A stretch of 64,000 nt of DNA from Candidatus Cloacimonadales bacterium (lineage in GTDB: Bacteria; Cloacimonadota; Cloacimonadia; Cloacimonadales; JAIOQZ01): contig OY771587.1 of assembly GCA_963674825.1 (NCBI GenBank), positions 1,600,001-1,664,000 on the forward strand. Reading direction: 5' to 3'. Positions 19,846-28,018 of the stretch are shown piece by piece; positions within the stretch are counted from its first letter, which is position 1, and each line of letters starts with the position of its first letter. Below the pieces are notes generated by a model, which was not told the origin of the DNA, searched no databases, and saw nothing but the letters and a program-made list of their open reading frames with translations. The position numbers and the translations under genes were made by a program.

Positions 19846-21291
19846 ATGAACGAGCGCGCATTATACTTAATTCACCCGCTGGGCGAAAACTGGATGCCTG
19901 GCGAAATCGATATGTCACGGGTGGCGAACATCATGCCACCGCTGGGCCTGTGCAGCATTTCCGCATGGATGGAGCAGCACGGCTGGCAAACCGAAATCTA
20001 TGATTGCTACGCCTTCCCGGGCGACGATAAACGACTTTTCCAGCAACTCGAACGCGATAAACCCATGTGGATCGGCTTCAGCACCACCACATCCAGTTTC
20101 CCGGACGCGATCCGTCTGGCGAACCACTGTCGCGAGATCCTGCCTGAAGCGAAGATCGTCTTCGGTGGTGTGCATGTTTCCGCACTACGAGAACAACTGA
20201 TGAACGAATTCTACGTCATCGATTACTGCGTGGTGGGCGAAGGCGAACAGACGCTGCTCGAACTGGTCGAATGCAACGACGAGGATCTTTCGCACATTCA
20301 AGGACTCATCTGGCGCGACGGCCACGAGGTGATCTTCAATGGTCATCGCGAAAAGCTGCTCGACCTCGATACCCTTCCGATCCCGTCATACAACAAGCTT
20401 CATGGCTTCCCCGAGGCTTACAAGCTACCGATTTTCAACTATCCCAAGGCCCCCGGAACGACCATCATCACCAGTCGCGGGTGCCCCTTCCGATGCTCCT
20501 ATTGCGATCGCTCGGTGTTCCAGAGCTCGTATCGCTACAACTCCGCAGACTACATCCTCAAGATGATGCAATACTTGCACGACACCTACGGGATGCGGCA
20601 CGTGAACATCTACGACGATACTTTCACGCTCCAACGCAAGCGGATCGAGGAATTTTGCCACAAGAAGATCGCCTCCGGACTCAAGATGACCTTCAATTGC
20701 GCCGCACGCGCGGAGCAGGTCGATCCCGAACTGCTCAAGCTGTTGAAGAAAGCCGGGTGCTGGATGATCAGCCTCGGCATCGAGACTGGCGATCCAGACC
20801 TACTCAGAAAGCATCGCTACTACGGTGGGAAAATACCCGAGGACGCTCTGCAGATGAATCGCGACGCCGTAAAAATGATCCGCAAGGCCGGTATCCGCGC
20901 CAAGGGTCTCTTCATGCTGGGACTTCCCGGCGAGACGGATGAGAGCATCGAACGCAGCATCCGCTACGTGCTGAGCCTGCCGCTGGATGACTTCAATCTG
21001 GCCAAGTTCACTCCATTCCCGGGATCACCCGCCTACCAGACGATCCACGAATTTGGCGAGTTCGACGAAGACTGGTCGCTCATGAACGCGCTCAATTTCG
21101 TTTTCGTGGCGCATGGCTTCACCAAAGAACGCCTGGAAGCGCGCCACCGGGAGTTTTATCGCCGCTACTATCAGCGCCATAAAGTGATGTGGAACTACGT
21201 CACCATGCTGTGGAAATCACCCGATAGCTGGCGAAGATTCCTGAAAGACCTCTCCGTCTTCCTCAGCTTCCGCAAGCAGTACGAGAAGTAG
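19846..21291 (+). CDS. cobalamin-binding radical SAM protein 3 (class B methyltransferase-like)
   Basis: MPPLGL, FGGVH, GEGE, SRGCPFRCSYC, DDTFT, LGIETG, GLPGET. Confidence 0.85.
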   Translation: MNERALYLIHPLGENWMPGEIDMSRVANIMPPLGLCSISAWMEQHGWQTEIYDCYAFPGDDKRLFQQLERDKPMWIGFSTTTSSFPDAIRLANHCREILPEAKIVFGGVHVSALREQLMNEFYVIDYCVVGEGEQTLLELVECNDEDLSHIQGLIWRDGHEVIFNGHREKLLDLDTLPIPSYNKLHGFPEAYKLPIFNYPKAPGTTIITSRGCPFRCSYCDRSVFQSSYRYNSADYILKMMQYLHDTYGMRHVNIYDDTFTLQRKRIEEFCHKKIASGLKMTFNCAARAEQVDPELLKLLKKAGCWMISLGIETGDPDLLRKHRYYGGKIPEDALQMNRDAVKMIRKAGIRAKGLFMLGLPGETDESIERSIRYVLSLPLDDFNLAKFTPFPGSPAYQTIHEFGEFDEDWSLMNALNFVFVAHGFTKERLEARHREFYRRYYQRHKVMWNYVTMLWKSPDSWRRFLKDLSVFLSFRKQYEK

Positions 21292-21295
21292 TAAA

Positions 21296-22570
21296 ATGAG
21301 TGCATCTGACATCCGAATCCTGATCGTGATCCCGGTTTACAACAACGCCGCTACGATCGCGGACGTGGCCCGACGCGCCATGCAAACCGGCTATCCGGTA
21401 CTGGTCGTCGATGATGGCTGTACGGATGGGGGGATAGAGAAGTTACGAGTTACAAGTAACGAGTTACAGAGTGATAACCCCCCTTTATCCCCCCTTGTCA
21501 GGGGGGTGAGAGAGGATTCTCCGTGCCCTCGCCCGTTTACGGAAGAGGGATGGGGTGAGGGTCTCATTATCACTGGATTCGAGCAGAATCGCGGTAAAGG
21601 CGCTGCCATCATGGAAGGCAATCGTTGGGCGATGGAGCATGGTTTCACGCACATCCTGACCATCGACGCCGACGGACAGCACCATCCCGAAGAGATCCCG
21701 CAATTCGTCGAAGCAGCTACTCGTTCTCCCCTATCTATCGTGATCGGAACCCGGGATTTCAACAGCGATGACGTCCCCGGATCGAGCAAATTCGGGCGTA
21801 AATTCTCCAACTTCTGGATCCGCGTCTGCACCGGGCAATCTGTCTCCGATAGCCAGAGTGGCTACCGTGTCTATCCCTGCGAAGCGCTTGAGCTATTGAA
21901 AATTAAAGGCCGACGATACAACTTCGAGGTGGAAGTTATCGTGCGCGCCATCTGGGCGGGACTGGAGATCAGCGAAGTACCGATCAAGGTCGAATACGCA
22001 GACCGCGTCACCCATTTCCATCCTTTCAAGGACAACGCCCGAATCTCTTGGACATACACCCGCCTGGTACTGCGAAACTTCCTGCCGTTACCGCACAAGC
22101 TGCTCTTCGGCAAGAAGCGCGAGAACCAGTTCAAGCTTTACCTGACCAATCCCTGGAAGACGCTCAAGATGCTCTTCACCGAACGCCTGGCTCCATCCGA
22201 ACTGGCGCTGGCAGTGGGTACCGGCGTCTTTCTGGCGACGTTTCCGCTGATCGGTTTCCACGGCGTAGCCATCGTATTCGTCGCCACACGTATCAAGGTA
22301 AACCGGCTTGTAGCACTCAGTATGAACCATTTTTGCGGCCCACCATTCGTTCCGGCACTCTCCATACTGATCGGATACTATGTGCGCAACGGACGCTTCC
22401 TAACCGAATTTACCTGGGAGACGCTTGGCCATCAGATCTTACAGCGATTAGGTGATTACATTGTCGGCTCGGCGGTTCTAGCGCCATTTCTGGCCATAGC
22501 ATCCGGTTTGAGCATCATGGGCGCGACATGGCTCTACCAGAAGATCACGCGACGAGGCAGCAATGTCTGA
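21296..22570 (+). CDS. glycosyltransferase family 2 with C-terminal DUF2062-like membrane domain
   Basis: IPVYN, VDDG, NRGKG, IDADGQH, DSQSGYRVYP; hydrophobic C-terminus; carries an in-frame palindromic insertion. Confidence 0.85.
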   Translation: MSASDIRILIVIPVYNNAATIADVARRAMQTGYPVLVVDDGCTDGGIEKLRVTSNELQSDNPPLSPLVRGVREDSPCPRPFTEEGWGEGLIITGFEQNRGKGAAIMEGNRWAMEHGFTHILTIDADGQHHPEEIPQFVEAATRSPLSIVIGTRDFNSDDVPGSSKFGRKFSNFWIRVCTGQSVSDSQSGYRVYPCEALELLKIKGRRYNFEVEVIVRAIWAGLEISEVPIKVEYADRVTHFHPFKDNARISWTYTRLVLRNFLPLPHKLLFGKKRENQFKLYLTNPWKTLKMLFTERLAPSELALAVGTGVFLATFPLIGFHGVAIVFVATRIKVNRLVALSMNHFCGPPFVPALSILIGYYVRNGRFLTEFTWETLGHQILQRLGDYIVGSAVLAPFLAIASGLSIMGATWLYQKITRRGSNV

Positions 22571-23462
22571 ACGAAAGAAATCACCAAATTACGGCGGAAA
22601 ACTGGGCTACGGATTCTTCCATATTCTTATACGGCTGCTGGGACCTTATCCGGCATACTTTTTCGCAGCATTTATAATACCGTATTACCTTGTAAAAGTG
22701 TGGCTTACTCAGTCATCTCCTCGATTTTACCTTGAGCACAGGTTCCCAAAAAAGTCAAAACTCGCGCGGTTTTTTCTGGGTAGTAAACACATCTACGAGT
22801 TCTCAAAAATACTGATCGATCAGGCCTGCATGGGCATCCTCGGTCCGGGAAAATTCAAGATCGAATTTACCCACTGGAACGCCCTCTACGAGCTTTCGAA
22901 GGAAGAAAAAGGCATGGTGCTTCTGACAAGTCATTGCGGAACCTGGCTCGCCGCCATGGCATCCATGGATCACCTGGAGAAGCCGGTCAATTTTCTCCTG
23001 CGCTTGCAAGAGCACGACCGCGGCAAATATTTCTTTGATCTCGCGCGGGAAAAGGGGATCAAGATCATTTCACCCGACGGTATGTTCGGTGGATTGGTGG
23101 AATCGATCAACATGCTTCAGAAAGGTGAATGCGTGTCCATCATGGGTGACCGTGCCTGGGGAGCCCGTACAAAAGACACGAAGTTTCTGGGCGAGGACGC
23201 CGCATTTCCCATCACACCCTACTATCTTTCGGTGACCGGCGAAGCAAGGCTGGTGATGTTTCTGACCGTGCGTACAGGGCCGCTCTCGTTCCGTATCGAC
23301 CACTACGTACTCACAGACGAGATTGACCAGAATCTGCAAAAGGACGCCAAGCTCGACGCCCTCATGAGGCGATACGTTGATCATCTGGAAGAATACGTAA
23401 CCAGTTATCCGTTCATGTGGCTCAATTTCTTCGATTTCTGGAGCGAGGATAAGACGTCTTAA
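22563..23462 (+). CDS. LpxL/LpxM-family lipid acyltransferase
   Basis: GMVLLTSHCGTW, VSIMGDR, FLG, YPFMWLNFFDFW. Confidence 0.8.
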   Translation: MSERKKSPNYGGKLGYGFFHILIRLLGPYPAYFFAAFIIPYYLVKVWLTQSSPRFYLEHRFPKKSKLARFFLGSKHIYEFSKILIDQACMGILGPGKFKIEFTHWNALYELSKEEKGMVLLTSHCGTWLAAMASMDHLEKPVNFLLRLQEHDRGKYFFDLAREKGIKIISPDGMFGGLVESINMLQKGECVSIMGDRAWGARTKDTKFLGEDAAFPITPYYLSVTGEARLVMFLTVRTGPLSFRIDHYVLTDEIDQNLQKDAKLDALMRRYVDHLEEYVTSYPFMWLNFFDFWSEDKTS

Positions 23463-23482
23463 ATTGTTCATCGTACGAAAAC

Positions 23483-23508
23483 AAAAAAGGCGATCCCTAA
23501 GGACCGCC
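23483..23508 (-). terminator. intrinsic terminator of the minus-strand transcript
   Basis: Minus strand GGCGGTCC-TTAG-GGATCGCC stem (one G-U pair) followed by T6. Confidence 0.65.
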
Positions 23509-23536
23509 CTTCGAATATCAGAATCAAATCGAAAAT

Positions 23537-23656
23537 CTAACTATCGGATTTCTTTTCCTTTGATGTTTTCTTCGGCTTTTCCTTTGTACTCTCTTTGGGG
23601 AGGTTCGGTTTTGCATTCGGCTTAGGAGCTATTGAGTAATCTGACAAAACGATCAT
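23537..23656 (-). CDS. small Lys/Pro-rich protein, 39 aa
   Basis: Not in the ORF track. TAAGGAGGT SD directly before ATG; MIVLSDYSIAPKPNAKPNLPKESTKEKPKKTSKEKKSDS; terminator just downstream. Confidence 0.55.
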   Translation of the reverse strand: MIVLSDYSIAPKPNAKPNLPKESTKEKPKKTSKEKKSDS

Positions 23657-23811
23657 AACACCTCCTTATAGTGTGATGTGCTACCAATAATATAACACCG
23701 AATATTGGAAATGCGTTACGGAATTTTGCTCAATTTTCTTGCTACCGAACGCAACTCTTTTGCTTTGATACCCTTATATCGGCAAATTAATTTATCGCTT
23801 GAATTGAATCC

Positions 23812-25059
23812 TTAGAATGGGAAATTGTCCTGCCCGTTTGATGAAATTTTCGCCAGATCTTTTCGAATTTCCTCCATCTGACTTCTGAAGCGTTTAAGCT
23901 TATCACCTTCAAGTTTCTGAGCGCCGACCATGCGAAGGTTTTTCGGGTTGATCCACTTTCCATTTTTCTGAAGACCGAAGTGAAGATGAGGTGCTTGAGA
24001 ATAGCCAGTATTGCCTGCCAGACCTATTTTCGTACCCTTCTTGACCACCTGTCCCTTGCGTACAAATACTTTGCTCAGGTGCGCGTAATGCGTCAGCATA
24101 TCGTTATGCTTGATGCGGACTTCCTTGCCATTGCCACCATTTGGTCCTGCACTGACGATTCTTCCCGCAGCAACTGCGTAAACTGGCGTTCCAGTACGGG
24201 CACGGAGATCCATACCGAGGTGCATCTTCCACTTGCGTGAGATGGGATGGATACGCTTGCCGAACGGTGAAGTGACATGCATGTAGTCCAGTGGCGTACG
24301 TACCGCGTTGTGAACCAGCGCTTTTCCTTCGGTGCTATACATGCCGTTGAGCGCGGATGAAACATCGTCGTCCGTGTAGCGGAAGGCTTCCTTGAACTTG
24401 GCAACCTTTCCTTCGTAAGAGGCATAAATCAGCTTGGCTCGCGGGAGTTTTTCGCCATGGAAGAAGCGTTCCTTCACCAGCACATGAAACACGTCGCCCT
24501 TACGTGTATCGGTCTGGAAGCTGATGGATGCTTCCAGCGCGTTGTTGACCTCCTGCTTGACGGACGCCTCCAGGCCAGCACCAAGCAGCGCAGCATCGAG
24601 CGTGTTTTCCACTTCGCCGGTGACCAGACGAAATTCTTCATCCACCGGCTCTTCGATGTATCCATAGGCAAGCGAATCACCCACATTATACATGATGTGT
24701 GATGTAGTGAGATCGGGTTTATAGATGATTTCTTCAACTGTCGCGCCGTCCGTGGCAAACTTCACCTTCAGCGAATCGCCCGGCTGGATGGTGCTGATAT
24801 CTACATACTCACCCATGAAGATGGTGAAATCGGCAACCGCCTCGATGGTGACGCCCATTTCGGTAAGCACCTGATAGATGCTTTCGCCCTTCTCGATTTC
24901 TTTCATAATGTAAGTCGGTTCCGGGACGTAGGTATTTTCCATCTGGATAACTTCTGGTTCGGATGTGTTATTAGCGCTGCATTTTATGAGCATAACCATG
25001 AACATTACGGCGATAACCGCGACGATGGCGTATAATCCTAATTTCTTATATTTCATCAT
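23812..25059 (-). CDS. M23 family peptidoglycan endopeptidase (MepM-like)
   Basis: N-terminal TM anchor, TSPFGKRIHPI, HLGMD, HYAHLS, GNTGYSQAPHLHF. Confidence 0.9.
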   Translation of the reverse strand: MMKYKKLGLYAIVAVIAVMFMVMLIKCSANNTSEPEVIQMENTYVPEPTYIMKEIEKGESIYQVLTEMGVTIEAVADFTIFMGEYVDISTIQPGDSLKVKFATDGATVEEIIYKPDLTTSHIMYNVGDSLAYGYIEEPVDEEFRLVTGEVENTLDAALLGAGLEASVKQEVNNALEASISFQTDTRKGDVFHVLVKERFFHGEKLPRAKLIYASYEGKVAKFKEAFRYTDDDVSSALNGMYSTEGKALVHNAVRTPLDYMHVTSPFGKRIHPISRKWKMHLGMDLRARTGTPVYAVAAGRIVSAGPNGGNGKEVRIKHNDMLTHYAHLSKVFVRKGQVVKKGTKIGLAGNTGYSQAPHLHFGLQKNGKWINPKNLRMVGAQKLEGDKLKRFRSQMEEIRKDLAKISSNGQDNFPF

Positions 25060-25348
25060 GATAAAGCCTTTCAAACATATTTTCACAGGATAAGGTTCTT
25101 CAATTTAATTCCATTTTTTGCAGTAAGAAACAGACTGTCAAATAAAGAATGGAGAAAGAACAGGCAGGAGTGCTTGCGTTCCAAAAGAAAAGAGGCTGCC
25201 GCGGCGAAGGTTGGGGGGTATGGTGGATAGGGGATTTCATGTCGGCGTCTTGAGAAAATATGTCGAGGAGGATCTTCCAAAACATGAGACCGACGATGAG
25301 CTTCGCGTTAGCAACCTCAGACTATGTAAAGGATCTGATGTTTCATTA

Positions 25349-25364
25349 TGCAAGCTTCATGCCA
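25349..25364 (-). promoter_or_regulatory. sigma54 (-24/-12) promoter
   Basis: TGGCATGAAGCTTGCA, exact GG-N10-GC spacing with TTGCA. Confidence 0.7.
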
Positions 25365-25506
25365 TATATATATAATCAATAATAGCAGAATGATACGTAC
25401 TTTGTCGTTATATTAAAATCGTCGGATGACGAACGGGATGTGTTCGATGGTGAACACCAGAGAGAATAATACTTATGCTGAAGTAGAATAGCCTGTAATA
25501 TTCGCA

Positions 25507-25538
25507 AAAAAGGGAAGAGGTATGCTTCTTCCCTTTTT
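25507..25538. terminator. bidirectional intrinsic terminator
   Basis: AAAAAGGGAAGA...TCTTCCCTTTTT inverted repeat downstream of the FGE-domain gene. Confidence 0.7.
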
Positions 25539-25586
25539 ATTATGAGCATGCAATCAGGACCCGAGGATTATCCTGCCTGCAAACCA

Positions 25587-26546
25587 CTACTCGTTTCTCA
25601 CAAGCCTGAACCCAATATATCCACCCGATTGATGCGGCCAACTGCTGTACCGAACAGCAACCCGAACATAGTGCTGTCCGTCTGTCCAGTCACCTCCACG
25701 CAATACGTGCCAGGAACCTTCCTCCGGCCCCATCGGGTTGTCTTGGGGGCTCTCCGCATAGTAGTCGGATGAAAACCAGTCCCAGCAATATTCATACACA
25801 CTGCCGCTCATATTATAGAGTTCAAGCTGATTTGGAAGCTTGCCTCCCACGGGTTGCAGCGCTCCGCCAGCGTTGAAATACCAGGCGTAATCGGGTAAAT
25901 CGGTAACATCATGGCAACCACTGTAGCGGTAGTTATCCATCCAGTTGATCCCGCCTCGCGCCGCGTATTCCCATTCAGCTTCGGTGGGCAGGCGATAACC
26001 GCTTGCATCGAAATCGCACGCAACATCACCTTCCGAAACCGTATAGCACGGCGTCAGATCAAAGGCTTCGCTCAGCCAGTTGGCAAATTCGCACGCACCA
26101 AACCATGTCATGGTGATCACCGGGCATGTTTCCATATTGACGGTATCGTTGATCTGAAACACGAATTTTTCATCCCAGGTGACTGCGCAGCGCGGATCGT
26201 TCAAATCGATCATAAGATTGCCATTCAGCATGCCATCGGACGTGACATTCTTCGCATTGAGGAATGAGACAAAGAAGAGGTGGTATTCCTCGAATTTACG
26301 CATGTAGAAGTTATCGACCGATACAGAATGCACCGGCAGTTCGTCGTCCCAACCTTCGTCGAGGTGATCGCCCATGGAATAGGTGCCGCCTTCGACGAAT
26401 ATTTCGTCCGGCTGCAAAAATGTCATGGTTTCGATTTCATCCGTATCGAAGCTCTGAGAGCCGCCGCCGGCATGAAAGACGATGGATGCAGCCGTAAGCG
26501 AAGCCCCAAGAAACAAAACAATCGAGATCAGTAGAAGTCGCATCAC
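25587..26546 (-). CDS. secreted FGE-sulfatase (C-type lectin fold) domain protein
   Basis: Signal peptide; GGTYSMG, YRLPTEAEWEYAARGG, PNQLELYNMSG, VLRGGDW, IGFRLVR. Confidence 0.9.
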   Translation of the reverse strand: MMRLLLISIVLFLGASLTAASIVFHAGGGSQSFDTDEIETMTFLQPDEIFVEGGTYSMGDHLDEGWDDELPVHSVSVDNFYMRKFEEYHLFFVSFLNAKNVTSDGMLNGNLMIDLNDPRCAVTWDEKFVFQINDTVNMETCPVITMTWFGACEFANWLSEAFDLTPCYTVSEGDVACDFDASGYRLPTEAEWEYAARGGINWMDNYRYSGCHDVTDLPDYAWYFNAGGALQPVGGKLPNQLELYNMSGSVYEYCWDWFSSDYYAESPQDNPMGPEEGSWHVLRGGDWTDGQHYVRVAVRYSSWPHQSGGYIGFRLVRNE

Positions 26547-26554
26547 ATTGCCTC

Positions 26555-27187
26555 CTATTTTAACAGCAGCATCTTGCCGGTTGTGGACATTCCATCGGCC
26601 GTGATTCTGTAGAAATAGACACCGCTAGGCATTTGCCTGCTTTGGTCATTGCAGCCATTCCAGTGGATACGCTGCTCACCGGCCGGCAGTGTTCCGTCCA
26701 TCAGGTGCCGAACATGCGCTCCGCGAACATCGTAGATATCCGCTTTGACAGTAACCTGACTGACCAGCGACAGCAGGATATCGGTATCGGGATTGAAAGG
26801 ATTGGGATGATTCCCCAATACGGTCAGGGCTCCAGAAGGCTGCATTGTGCCATCGTCAATAGGGCTGGGATCGAAGAACGAGAGATCCATGATCGTCTTG
26901 AAGATATATTCGTCGGTCGAGCCGGACAGCAGATGCAAACGAAGTGTTGCCGTGGGATCATCAACAAAGTCAAGAAACTCGATATCAGCAAGCGCGTAAT
27001 AGTTCTCGCCGCCATCACGGAGCGTTATGCACAGATAGGCGATTCCCGGTTCGGTGAAGGTGATTTCTTCAAGCAACGCGGTATCGACCCTGCCGACATT
27101 GCCGTTTTCGAAGTTAAGGATCAACCTGTCGGCGGACAGGCTCGCCACGGACAGGGTTATAAGCAGGAAAATCAATAGGTTCTTCAT
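26555..27187 (-). CDS. secreted protein with three short beta modules and a FlgD-Ig/secretion C-terminal domain
   Basis: Signal peptide; GNHPNPFNPDT, YDVRG, WNG, SGVYFYR, KMLLLK. Confidence 0.8.
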   Translation of the reverse strand: MKNLLIFLLITLSVASLSADRLILNFENGNVGRVDTALLEEITFTEPGIAYLCITLRDGGENYYALADIEFLDFVDDPTATLRLHLLSGSTDEYIFKTIMDLSFFDPSPIDDGTMQPSGALTVLGNHPNPFNPDTDILLSLVSQVTVKADIYDVRGAHVRHLMDGTLPAGEQRIHWNGCNDQSRQMPSGVYFYRITADGMSTTGKMLLLK

Positions 27188-27197
27188 GATTCCTCCT

Positions 27198-27809
27198 TCA
27201 TTTGTCAGCTTGAAATCCCTTCAACATATATCCGATCATCGTCGTGTATTCATTGACCGTGTAGCATTTGCTTTCCAGGCATAAAATCACCAGAGACTGT
27301 GCCGAAACGATGAAATAGTTCATCGAAAGCTTCAAATCCAGATCCTTGTTCAGGGTGCCGTCTTCCATGCCCTGCTGAAAGATCTCCCGGAAGAGGTCGC
27401 CCGATTTCCGCTGCGTATCGTAAAGCTCCTTTTTCGCTTCATCCGAGAGCTTCTCCTGATTGCGTATGATGTGTGTCATGGCATCGTGCAGTTTGATGAA
27501 CTCGGGCTGAGTCTCGTAGCAGCGATAGAGTTGCATGGCGAACGCGGTCATCTTCTCGAAAGCGGTTCCAGCTTCTTCTATAGCGCGCACATAGTCGAAA
27601 TGGCTGTTTTTCGTCGCCTTGATCAGAATCTTGATGAGCAGCTCTTCTTTGCTCGGAAAGTAGGTATAGAGCGTGGATTTGCTGATATTCACGTTTTTCG
27701 CGACCTCGTTCATGGTCGTGTTTTCGTATCCCTTTTCCACAAATAGTTGCTTGGTCGATTCGAGAATGAGATCGATCTTGATTTCGTGCAGTTTCTCTTT
27801 GACATCCAT
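27198..27809 (-). CDS. TetR/AcrR family transcriptional regulator
   Basis: LFVEKGYENTTMNEVAKNVNISKSTLYTYFPSKEEL. Confidence 0.92.
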   Translation of the reverse strand: MDVKEKLHEIKIDLILESTKQLFVEKGYENTTMNEVAKNVNISKSTLYTYFPSKEELLIKILIKATKNSHFDYVRAIEEAGTAFEKMTAFAMQLYRCYETQPEFIKLHDAMTHIIRNQEKLSDEAKKELYDTQRKSGDLFREIFQQGMEDGTLNKDLDLKLSMNYFIVSAQSLVILCLESKCYTVNEYTTMIGYMLKGFQADK

Positions 27810-27841
27810 CGTATATCCTCCATTTATAAACCATCGGTATT

Positions 27842-27868
27842 TTGACCGAACCCACGGTTCGATGTCAA
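27842..27868 (-). promoter_or_regulatory. putative TetR operator inside a sigma70 promoter
   Basis: Palindrome CGAACC-CAC-GGTTCG (27847-27861) lies right after a minus-strand TTGACA, about 40 bp upstream of tetR. Confidence 0.55.
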
Positions 27869-28018
27869 TCTTTATTTCTCCCTCCGGGTAGTTTTTTGTG
27901 ATTCTGCGCGTTGATCCTGAATTTATTCTTTGACATAAGTTGGTTCATTCCAGCTAATCAGCAGCAGAGACAAAAGAAAAGTAACTCGTACATTTGCCGC
28001 ACCCTACAGGAGACCCCG

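Noticed and set aside
25587..25720. FGE/C-lectin C-terminus as a diversity-generating retroelement variable region
   Set aside because: No template repeat or reverse transcriptase is visible in the window; a remote DGR cannot be excluded
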